Positions 18,149-25,425 of a stretch of DNA of 25,425 nucleotides are shown piece by piece. The stretch lies in contig JBBQSO010000077.1 in assembly GCA_038213805.1 (NCBI GenBank), forward strand, positions 1 to 25,425, written 5' to 3'. A program made the translations under genes and the position numbers. Below the pieces are notes generated by a model that saw only the letters and a list, made by a program, of their open reading frames with translations, searched no databases and was not told the origin of the DNA. Each line of letters begins with the position of its first letter. Position 1 is the stretch's first letter. This DNA is from Planctomycetota bacterium. Lineage in GTDB: Bacteria; Planctomycetota; UBA11346.

Positions 18149-19192
18149 TCAGGCGACGGTAGCCCCGCCGCATCCCGAGCCCTGACCAGCCGTGCAGCCC
18201 AGGCAGTGCGTCGCGGTGGCGATCGCCCGACCATCCATCAGCGCCTGGTCGTAGGCGAAGATGGTGCGGCTCGCCGTCGGGGCCACCGGCAGCTCAAGCA
18301 TCTGGTTGAAATCGCAATCGTACAAGGCCCCGTCCCAACCGACCGAAAGGGTGTTCCGGCACATCAGCCCCGCGAGCGCCGCGGGGTTGAAGGCCGCGCT
18401 GAGTTTCGCCAGGTAGGCGCGGTAGTTGCCCGACGCGATGAGATATTCCAGGAAGCGGCTGATCGGCATGTTGGTCAAGCCGATGAGGTCGTTGAAGACC
18501 ACCCCGTGGCGGCGCGCGAGCAGGTCGCGCGTGCGCCGCTCGGCCCCCGCCTGCGCAGGTGGCAGGAAGGCACCGGTGGGATTGCTCATCAGGGTCAGGC
18601 GCAGTCCGCTGTCCGCATGGCCGTACCCCAGGTCATTCAGCAGGCGCAGCCCCCGGATCGAGCGCGCAAAGACCCCGTCGCCGCGCTGCGTGTCGGTCTG
18701 GCCCGCATCGACCGCCGGCAAGGAGGCGACGATGTGCACGCGCTGCTGCGCGAGGAACGCCCCGAGCCCATCCTGCCCGCCAAGCAGCAGCACCGTGAGG
18801 TTGCAGCGATCGATGATCTCCGGCACGCCGCGTTCGCGCAGGGCGAGGACGAAACGGCGGAAGTGCGGATTGAGCTCGGGAGCCCCGCCGGTGAGGTCGA
18901 CGATCGGCGGGCGCAGGCGGGTGGCGACATCCAGGCATGCCTGGAAGGTCGGCCACGCCATGTTCTGGACGGTCTGGTGCGGTCCGGCATCGACGTGGCA
19001 GTGCCGGCAGCGCTGGTTGCAGAGCTTACCGACGTTGATCTGCAGGACCGTGGTCGGGCCCGCGACCAGGGCCGGCTGGGCATGCCTCGCCAAGTGCTCG
19101 GCGAAAGGCGGCACCCCCGCATCACCGAGCAGGCGGAGCTGCTGGGCGGGCGCGAGCGGTCCAGCGGGTGGAGGCGCCATCGGACCGCTCAC
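18149..19192 (-). CDS. arsS: Arsenosugar biosynthesis radical SAM protein ArsS (TIGR04167, rSAM/Cys-rich)
   Basis: LQINVGKLCNQRCRHCHVDAGP, DLTGGAPE, DRCNLT, TNMPISRF, LMCRNTLSVGWDG.LYDCDFNQML, HCLGCTAGQGSGCGG; GTG start overlaps the upstream stop (GTGA). Confidence 0.93.
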   Translation of the reverse strand: MSGPMAPPPAGPLAPAQQLRLLGDAGVPPFAEHLARHAQPALVAGPTTVLQINVGKLCNQRCRHCHVDAGPHQTVQNMAWPTFQACLDVATRLRPPIVDLTGGAPELNPHFRRFVLALRERGVPEIIDRCNLTVLLLGGQDGLGAFLAQQRVHIVASLPAVDAGQTDTQRGDGVFARSIRGLRLLNDLGYGHADSGLRLTLMSNPTGAFLPPAQAGAERRTRDLLARRHGVVFNDLIGLTNMPISRFLEYLIASGNYRAYLAKLSAAFNPAALAGLMCRNTLSVGWDGALYDCDFNQMLELPVAPTASRTIFAYDQALMDGRAIATATHCLGCTAGQGSGCGGATVA

Positions 19193-19518
19193 ATCGACAA
19201 CTGGTCGGCGCGCTTGCGCATCTGCACGCCGTGAACCAGCACCGCGCCGCCGGTGATCGCGGCGGCGACATGTACGGCTTCCATCTGCTCACCGCGCGTG
19301 CAACCCTGTTCGAGGGTGCCCGCGGTGTAGGCATCGATGCAGTAGGGGCACTTGACGGCGTGCGCGACCGCCAGTGCGATCAGCGCCTTCTCGCGCTTGG
19401 TCAGTTCGCCATCGTCGAAGACCTTGCCGTACCAGGCGAAGAAGGCATCGGCCAGGTGCGGGGCTTCCGTACCGATGGCGGGGAATTTGGCGAGGTCGCC
19501 GTCTTCATAGTAGGTCAC
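19189..19518 (-). CDS. AhpD/CMD-like arsenosugar biosynthesis-associated peroxidase-like protein (TIGR04169)
   Basis: TYYEDGDLAKF, LTKREKALIALAVAHAVKCPYCIDAY, EAVHVAAAI.GGA.LVHGVQM; GTG start at 19518 after GGAG. Confidence 0.9.
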   Translation of the reverse strand: MTYYEDGDLAKFPAIGTEAPHLADAFFAWYGKVFDDGELTKREKALIALAVAHAVKCPYCIDAYTAGTLEQGCTRGEQMEAVHVAAAITGGAVLVHGVQMRKRADQLSM

Positions 19519-19618
19519 GGTGGGCTCCAGTGGGGGAAGATTCATGCCGTCGGCGGGTACGCCAAAGGGAAGTTGACGGAACCCCAGGCGGGAACCCGGC
19601 CGCACTGCTGGTCCGCCA

Positions 19619-20134
19619 TCACGGCCCGGTGGCGACCGCGGCGGCGAAACGCTTGCGGAGCTCCTCGATGCGGGCGCGGTTCACGCCGAAATCATAGCTG
19701 CCGACGCGCGCTGCGGACCTGACCTGGATGACTTTGGCCGCATCATCCAGCAGAAATTCGGCATCGTCGACAAAGCGCAGGATGGCAGACGTGAACGTCG
19801 CGTGCACGTAGGTCCCGTCGTCGGTGAGAATCGCTGCCCGCTGCATGCCCCCCAGGCAGGCCACGAGGCGGCGATGGGCGACGTCCTTGGCGCCGGCATA
19901 CGGGATCGGCAGGATGGTGTGCCGGGCGTCCGCGTCCTGCGAGCAGACGCAGTTGGGCGACTCCGGGCATGGGGCGAGGCGCCCATCAGCGACGTTTCCG
20001 GCGGCGTTGGCGAACTGGGACATGGCGGACAATCCTCCCAGGCCGCATAGGCCGATGGCCAGCACAGCGGTGACAATGATCATCAGGCGCCTGCCTGAGC
20101 GTGAGCCGGAATGCGCAGTCGCGGGAAGTGGCAT
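19619..20134 (-). CDS. DUF1499 domain protein with N-terminal membrane/signal segment
   Basis: LAPCPESPNCVCSQ, RFVDDAEF, VRSAARVGSYDFGVNRARIE. Start uncertain (20134 or 20083). Confidence 0.88.
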   Translation of the reverse strand: MPLPATAHSGSRSGRRLMIIVTAVLAIGLCGLGGLSAMSQFANAAGNVADGRLAPCPESPNCVCSQDADARHTILPIPYAGAKDVAHRRLVACLGGMQRAAILTDDGTYVHATFTSAILRFVDDAEFLLDDAAKVIQVRSAARVGSYDFGVNRARIEELRKRFAAAVATGP

Positions 20135-20209
20135 GGGCGGGGACCTGCGGCGCAGCGCAAAATAGATGGAACACTGACTGGAAGCCACCAACCGTCGTGA
20201 GATGGTTGT

Positions 20210-20398
20210 TCATGCCATCAGGCAGCCGTCGTCAAGCCCCATCGTCTTCAGGATTCCGCTCCCGACCAACTTCTGGCAGAGCCCGCAGCCAACGCCCGTG
20301 CCAGAGCGCTTCACCAAGTCAAACGACGGGCAGAGCGACTGCTCACAGCATCCCATTGCAGCGATATCAAATAGCCGGGGTGGTGCCCCGTTCCACAA
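20210..20398 (-). other. Possible BFD-like [2Fe-2S] small ORF or remnant
   Basis: SFDLVKRSGTGVGCGLCQKLV resembles the BFD-like GxGCGxC motif; start and upstream CxC are unconvincing. Confidence 0.3.
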
Positions 20399-20451
20399 TG
20401 TTTATGGGAATTACACCGTGTGCGAGAGCCTTCTCAAGCTAAGTTGCCAGC

Positions 20452-21213
20452 GTGTCCACCCTGGTCGACATCTCCGCCCACGAGCTGCTGTCGGTCCAGG
20501 ACCGCGTGCGGGACGAGTTGCGCGCCAGCCCATCTTTCGAGGTCTCGGCACAGCGCTACGTGCAGCAGATCCATGCGGCCTTCAGTGGTGAGATCGCCTT
20601 GGCGCGCATGTTCATGACCATCCCGTTCGACGACCTGCCCGACGACCTGCGCCGGTCGGCATGGAAGGTCGTTGAAGGTCAAGCCCTGGCCGCCCAGATC
20701 AAACCCATGACCCCAGTGCTCACCCTGCTGGGCAGCCACGGTGACGAGGCCCAGTGGTGTGACCGCAGATCTTCACGCGGTCATGCCGCGATACCCCTGT
20801 GTTCGAACAGCTTCGTCGATTCGATCCCCATGGTCGCGCGCATGCTTCAGGAGATGGGCGTGGATCTCGGCCTCAAGCTGGACACCGAACGGTACGTCAA
20901 GAACCTGCTGGGCGTGGGGTGGGTCGGCCTCTTCTATGTCGAGGACGCGCGATCTGCTCGCGACGACAAGGGACGGCGGGTGATCCCCTCAGCGGAATTC
21001 GTCGACACCTACAACATTCGCACCGTGTTCGGCCTCGGGAAGGTCTACGCCAACGGCGCGATCACGGCCTTTATCGCCTTCACCACGAAGGTGATCCCCA
21101 GAGCGAAGGTCGAACTGCTCGTGCCGACGGTCAATCTCTTCAAGGCGTCCACGAACGAACTCGTCCAGAGCCGGCAGTATTTCTCGCCTCGGGATGGCTT
21201 GGGTCCAGCGTGA
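20452..21213 (+). CDS. Hypothetical protein, probable stand-alone GAF-like sensor domain
   Basis: Clear codon bias; LARMF.TIPF..LP, LTLLGS.G...W.DR.SSRGH.AIPL, FYVEDA, FV..YNIRTVFGLG resemble GAF-like input domains; GTG start. Confidence 0.7.
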   Translation: MSTLVDISAHELLSVQDRVRDELRASPSFEVSAQRYVQQIHAAFSGEIALARMFMTIPFDDLPDDLRRSAWKVVEGQALAAQIKPMTPVLTLLGSHGDEAQWCDRRSSRGHAAIPLCSNSFVDSIPMVARMLQEMGVDLGLKLDTERYVKNLLGVGWVGLFYVEDARSARDDKGRRVIPSAEFVDTYNIRTVFGLGKVYANGAITAFIAFTTKVIPRAKVELLVPTVNLFKASTNELVQSRQYFSPRDGLGPA

Positions 21214-21372
21214 GAGGACGGTGTGGTCGCGCCCCCGTCGCAGACGGTCGCGAGGGGTTCGCCAATGCCGGGAAGCCACTCGGCCCACAGCCGTGGCCAA
21301 GCGCGACGTGGACGGTCCCCGGGGTTTACGCGCGGGTGAGTGCCGCAATGGGCGCTCCGTGAGGAAACACCG

Positions 21373-21708
21373 TCAGATGCGGTCGATGTCCTCGAGGATC
21401 CCAAGCACCTTGGTCACCATCTTCTTCATCGTCGTTTTCTGCTGCAGCATGATCTCCAGCTCCAGGATGCCGGCGTGGTAGAGCGTCGTCCCACTCAGGT
21501 CGCGCATGAGCCGGAGCGCCACCAGCGCGTTCTGCAAATGCGTGCGGCACGCGCCCGGGACGGATTGGTTGCGCGCTGAAAGCACTTCATGGAGCGAATT
21601 TGTGGCAGTTTTCGCGATGTGGAACCACTGCGGAGATTTGTACTGCTCACGTGCACGACTATTCTGCACGCGGCGGCCCCTGGACACATTATGTATCGCA
21701 TTGTCCAT
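21373..21708 (-). CDS. Hypothetical protein (up to 111 aa)
   Basis: C-terminal part is amphipathic with GC-rich third positions (ILELEIMLQQKTTMKKMVTKVLGILEDIDRI); start uncertain. Confidence 0.45.
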   Translation of the reverse strand: MDNAIHNVSRGRRVQNSRAREQYKSPQWFHIAKTATNSLHEVLSARNQSVPGACRTHLQNALVALRLMRDLSGTTLYHAGILELEIMLQQKTTMKKMVTKVLGILEDIDRI

Positions 21709-21817
21709 TTCCGTACAATCGGCATTTGCAACGCCCTGAACCAGCGCGTGATTGCACCATGCAAAATGCAGCGATCAAAATGGTTGCGCCGATTCCGCCG
21801 GGCCAAGATGGCTGCTC

Positions 21818-23713
21818 ATGAAGACCTCCAAGCGCATGACCCGCAAGACCGGGATCCTGATCGTGCTGGGGGTCATTGTCGTCCTCGCCGTCAGCAAGAG
21901 CTTCTTTGAGCCACTCGTCCTCGCAGCGCTGCTCAGCATCGTCCTCGCCCCGCTGGTCCGCTGGCTGACTGCGAAGGGCATACCCAACGCGCTCGCGGTG
22001 ATGGCGTCGACGATCGCCGCCCTGCTGGTGGTGGGCATTCTAGGCTGGAGCATCGCCGGTCAGGTCGAAGGCCTCCTCGCGGAAATCCCCCATTATAAGG
22101 AAAACCTGCTCAAGCGCATGGACTCGTTCCGGCATCTGCCCGCTGGGGCCCTGGCCGATGCGGCGTCGGCGATCAGTGGTACCGACATGGGTTCCGCGCC
22201 ACCGGCGCCTGGTCATGCGGAAGGCGAGCCCGCAGCACATCCGCAGTTGCGGGGCAGAGCGGCGCGTCCTGGAAGTGGATCCACCGCCTCTGCGCAGCCA
22301 TCTGCCCAGGCTGAATCGCCAGCGATGACGTGGGGAAGCTATGTCGCGCTCGCCGAGACCGCCCTGGCACCATTCGCGACCGCCGCCGCGGTACTGCTCT
22401 TCGCCATCTTCATGCTGCTGCAACGGGATGATCTCCACGACCGCTTCATCATGCTTTCCGGGTCGATGGCCGGGAAGCACAACATGCGGCGCTCCGCGGA
22501 AGCGTTGAACGAGACCTTCGCGAAGATCGGCCTCTATATCTTCATGCAGCTCTCGACCAATGTCCTTACCGGCGTTGTCCTCGGGCTGGTATTGTGGGCG
22601 GTGGGCCTGCCCAATCCGCTGCTGTGGGGTCTGCTGGCGGCCATGATGCGTTTCATCCCGTACCTCGGCATGCTCATGGCCGCGCTGCTCACGACGATTT
22701 TCGCCGTGGCGATATCTCCGGACTGGTCCTTGCCAATGATCGTCCTGGGTCTGTTTGCCGGCATCGAATTGGTCGTCTCCAACATCATCGAACCGCTCCT
22801 CTATGGGCATGGCACCGGCCTCTCCAGTCTTGCCATCCTGGTGGCAGCGGCGTTCTGGACCTTTCTCTGGGGTCTGCCTGGATTGTTCCTGTCGGTGCCC
22901 CTGACGGTGTGCCTGGTGATGATCGGCAAGCACGTGCCTTTCCTCGACTTCCTCGAAACCCTGCTCAGCGACCGCGACTCGCTGCCCAAGGATTCGCTGA
23001 TGTATCACCGGTTGTTGAGCATGCAGGACGGGGGGATGCAGACCGAGATCGACCGTCTCTGCCAGGGGCAGAGCAAAGCGAAGGCCCTGGATACGGTCTA
23101 TCTCCCGACGCTGCGGATCGCCGAGCAGGAATTGCTGTTCGAAAGGCTCACCCACGAGCGCTTCGCCGGATTGTTGCAGAACATGCGCATCGCCGTGGAG
23201 GATCTGGCGGGGAGCGAGCCGGCGAATTCGCCGCCGGGTCCAACGGATGAGCTACCGTCCCCGGCTCCCGCGCCCGTGCAGAAGATTCTCTGCGTCGGCG
23301 CCCTGGGCGAACTGGACCAGATGATGGCGGCGATGATCCTGCGCCTGGCCGATCCCGCAAAAGCGACCATGGCCGAGATGCCCGCCTCGTCGATCGCGGA
23401 AGGCATCGCAGCCATCGCGCGCGATCCCGTCACCACGGTCATCGTCGCCTCCGCCAGCGATACGTCGACGATGACCGCCATTTCGTGGTGCCGGAGCCTG
23501 CGCTACGCGTTCCCTGAAATGACGATCATCGCCTGCGCCTGGGATTCTGACGCGCATGCGGAGAACCGCCTTGAGCTGGTGCATCGGCGCCGCAAAGTGG
23601 TGATCTGCCGTTCGATCGTCGAACTGCAGGAGATCCTGAATCCTGCCGTAGTGATCGATACCCAGGCGGCAAAGAATGAGGCCCTCCGGACACCTGAACA
23701 CGGCCTGAAATAG
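21818..23713 (+). CDS. AI-2E (PerM) family transporter with long soluble C-terminal extension
   Basis: PLVLAALLSIVLAPLVRWL, GLPNPLLWG...RFIPYLG, SNIIEPLLYG..TGLS, FW..LWG.PGLFLSVPLT; about 250 aa of cytoplasmic tail; start at ATG 21818. Confidence 0.9.
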   Translation: MKTSKRMTRKTGILIVLGVIVVLAVSKSFFEPLVLAALLSIVLAPLVRWLTAKGIPNALAVMASTIAALLVVGILGWSIAGQVEGLLAEIPHYKENLLKRMDSFRHLPAGALADAASAISGTDMGSAPPAPGHAEGEPAAHPQLRGRAARPGSGSTASAQPSAQAESPAMTWGSYVALAETALAPFATAAAVLLFAIFMLLQRDDLHDRFIMLSGSMAGKHNMRRSAEALNETFAKIGLYIFMQLSTNVLTGVVLGLVLWAVGLPNPLLWGLLAAMMRFIPYLGMLMAALLTTIFAVAISPDWSLPMIVLGLFAGIELVVSNIIEPLLYGHGTGLSSLAILVAAAFWTFLWGLPGLFLSVPLTVCLVMIGKHVPFLDFLETLLSDRDSLPKDSLMYHRLLSMQDGGMQTEIDRLCQGQSKAKALDTVYLPTLRIAEQELLFERLTHERFAGLLQNMRIAVEDLAGSEPANSPPGPTDELPSPAPAPVQKILCVGALGELDQMMAAMILRLADPAKATMAEMPASSIAEGIAAIARDPVTTVIVASASDTSTMTAISWCRSLRYAFPEMTIIACAWDSDAHAENRLELVHRRRKVVICRSIVELQEILNPAVVIDTQAAKNEALRTPEHGLK

Positions 23714-23761
23714 CGGGCACGTACCGAGTCCATAGCCAAGCACCGTCTGGATGAACCGAGC

Positions 23762-23807
23762 GCTGACCGCGGTGTCCGGAATTGCTGGCTTGTCCTGCGC
23801 GGTCAGC
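23762..23807. repeat. 10-bp perfect inverted repeat downstream of the AI-2E gene
   Basis: GCTGACCGCG (23762-23771) and CGCGGTCAGC (23798-23807) with a 26-nt spacer; no U-tract. Confidence 0.5.
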
Positions 23808-24115
23808 CAGGGGGTGCGCAGCGTGAACGCCGCGTGCGGCCTGAGGAACTCTGTGCACGCATCGCGGCACTGCTCGTGGGTGCGCTGTGCTTGCGCAAAA
23901 CCTTTTTGTCATGAGTCTCCAGGACGTGGGCCGCCAGCCGCCAGGACTGGGGGTCTCAGTGCCGCCGTTCCCGCTTGGCGCGAAAGGTGGTAGCGTCGTG
24001 TCGCTCGTACGCGTCCACGTGCGCCCGTTGCGCGATGCTTGCCATTGCGCGGCCACGCCTTCGTTCGCAGCCCGTCTGCTCTGGCCATGAAACGCCTGAC
24101 CACCGAAAATCCGCC

Positions 24116-24928
24116 ATGCGCTCCACCACGCTGATCTCCCTGCTCCTGCTCGCCTGCGCGACCGCGCGCGCGCCCGCCACCGCCACCGAGGGCACCGCGG
24201 CCCTGCCCGATGGCGTGCTGGCGTGGACTCCGGCAGCCCCCGGGGCCACGCTCACCGGCGAGGTGGAAGCCGCGCGCTGGGGCATGTACCAGGTCCAGGC
24301 CCAACTCGCCGCGCCCGCTGGCGGCGCGCTCACCGTGGGGCTGCTCGGCAGGAACCTCGCCGCGACCGCAGACGGGTCATCCACGACCGTCATCCTGGGC
24401 ACGGTCTATATCGCCAAGGACGGCAAGCAGCCGGTAACGGTCGCGGCGGTTCCGGCCGATGCGGCCAGGCCGCTGGTCGTCACCGGCCTGCAGTTCGTGC
24501 CGGCCTGCGAGGGCGTGGTGCCGGTGCAGGCCGAGGACCGCTCCATCACCTTGCACGCCCACGATGCCACCGTCCACGGCGCGAAGCTGCGTTATGAGAT
24601 CCGCCCGGACAAGAACACGCTCGGCTATTGGGCCGACGCCAGGGACTGGGTGGGCTGGCAGTTCGAGCTCAAGCAACCCGGACGCTTCATCGTCGTCGCC
24701 ATGCAAGGCAGTTCCGGTGGCAGCCAGCTCGAGCTGTCGGTGGGCGGACAGCGGCGGACCTGGACCACCAAGGACAGCGGCGGCAATCACACCTTCACCT
24801 TCCTCGAAGTCGGCACCGTGTCGCTTGATCAGCCCGGCACCCAGACGCTGACCCTGCGCCCGCTCGCAAAGGTCGGCGGCGCGATCATGGACCTGCGCAT
24901 GCTCATGCTGTTGCCTATCCTCAAATGA
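24116..24928 (+). CDS. Secreted protein with CBM6/DUF5077-like beta-sandwich domains
   Basis: Signal peptide MRSTTLISLLLLACATA; LGTVYIAKDGKQ; LRYE..PDKNTLGYW...DWVGWQF...PGRF.V...QG; VGTVSL..PG..TLTLRP...IMDLR. Confidence 0.75.
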   Translation: MRSTTLISLLLLACATARAPATATEGTAALPDGVLAWTPAAPGATLTGEVEAARWGMYQVQAQLAAPAGGALTVGLLGRNLAATADGSSTTVILGTVYIAKDGKQPVTVAAVPADAARPLVVTGLQFVPACEGVVPVQAEDRSITLHAHDATVHGAKLRYEIRPDKNTLGYWADARDWVGWQFELKQPGRFIVVAMQGSSGGSQLELSVGGQRRTWTTKDSGGNHTFTFLEVGTVSLDQPGTQTLTLRPLAKVGGAIMDLRMLMLLPILK

Positions 24929-25216
24929 CGGAACACGATCGTCCTGCGGGATGATCATTCCGCTGGCGGCGCTCCACCAGCTCGCGGCCTCAACCGTCGC
25001 CTCGCGTCACCACCCCGCGATCGGTGCAGCGGGAACCAAGCAGCCGAAGGCTCTGTAGCTGAGCGCGACGCACAGGAGGGGGTCTTCGCAATGGCGGAAA
25101 CCCAACGCGAGGAGGACGAGATGCGTCCTGCTGATGGTCGACAGCATGCGGGTGATGACAGGGTCGCGGCGTCCGCAGGAGCGAATCATGGGATGATTCC
25201 CAATCGCGGGTGCGCC

Positions 25217-25245
25217 TTGATGCCAATTCCTCTGGCCGCTAGTAT
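25217..25245 (+). promoter_or_regulatory. Candidate sigma70 promoter
   Basis: TTGATG (25217-25222), 17-nt spacer, TAGTAT (25240-25245) in non-coding DNA. Confidence 0.4.
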
Positions 25246-25425
25246 GGACGGATTGCGCGCGCTCAAGACGACGCCTAATCAGTTAAAGTGTAAACGGCGG
25301 CGTAGGCTCGGTCGTCACCCTGCTCAGGATGTACTGGGCTGGTCTCCCTGCGTCCGCGCTATTTCTGCGCGATCGTCAATTTGCGCGCCTCCTCCGTCCC
25401 CGTCTTCGCAGCGACGATCACATTG

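Noticed and set aside
23905..23990. Cobalamin riboswitch on the minus strand (GGGAA...GGAGAC)
   Set aside because: Core elements such as GCCCCCGCAACTGT and the GCCACTG/GGGAAG pair are absent, and no suitable downstream gene.
24990..25226. Short minus-strand ORFs near the right end
   Set aside because: No motifs, RBS or codon bias to support them.
1..25425. CRISPR arrays, tRNA or rRNA genes
   Set aside because: No regularly spaced repeats or recognisable structural RNA genes seen by eye.

Overview
GC-rich bacterial window; the protein families suggest a Planctomycetota/PVC-like host (inference). From left to right: (1) the right part of an IS66 element (tnpC, a small passenger ORF, probable right end); (2) a minus-strand DUF5107/TPR gene plus a CBM-like/SGNH hydrolase gene; (3) a 316-bp miniature IS66 derivative that retains both ends, a promoter, an RBS and a truncated tnpA; (4) a 1583-aa alpha-2-macroglobulin-like thioester protein that appears to carry a whole prenyltransferase/squalene-cyclase-repeat barrel domain where the bait region is expected; (5) an 8-kb arsenosugar (rSAM/selenodomain-associated) cluster: ArsM-like methyltransferase, DedA/TVP38-flavoprotein disulfide reductase fusion, fused TIGR04282+TIGR04283 transferases, stand-alone SelD-N-terminal-like FAD oxidoreductase, ArsS radical SAM and an AhpD-like protein, with DUF1499 adjacent; (6) a GAF-like hypothetical protein, an AI-2E transporter with a C-terminal extension and a secreted CBM-like protein. 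The most interesting items are the chimeric macroglobulin, the arsenosugar cluster with its fused and motif-altered transferase, and the mini-IS66. All family calls come from recognising motifs by eye, not from database searches.
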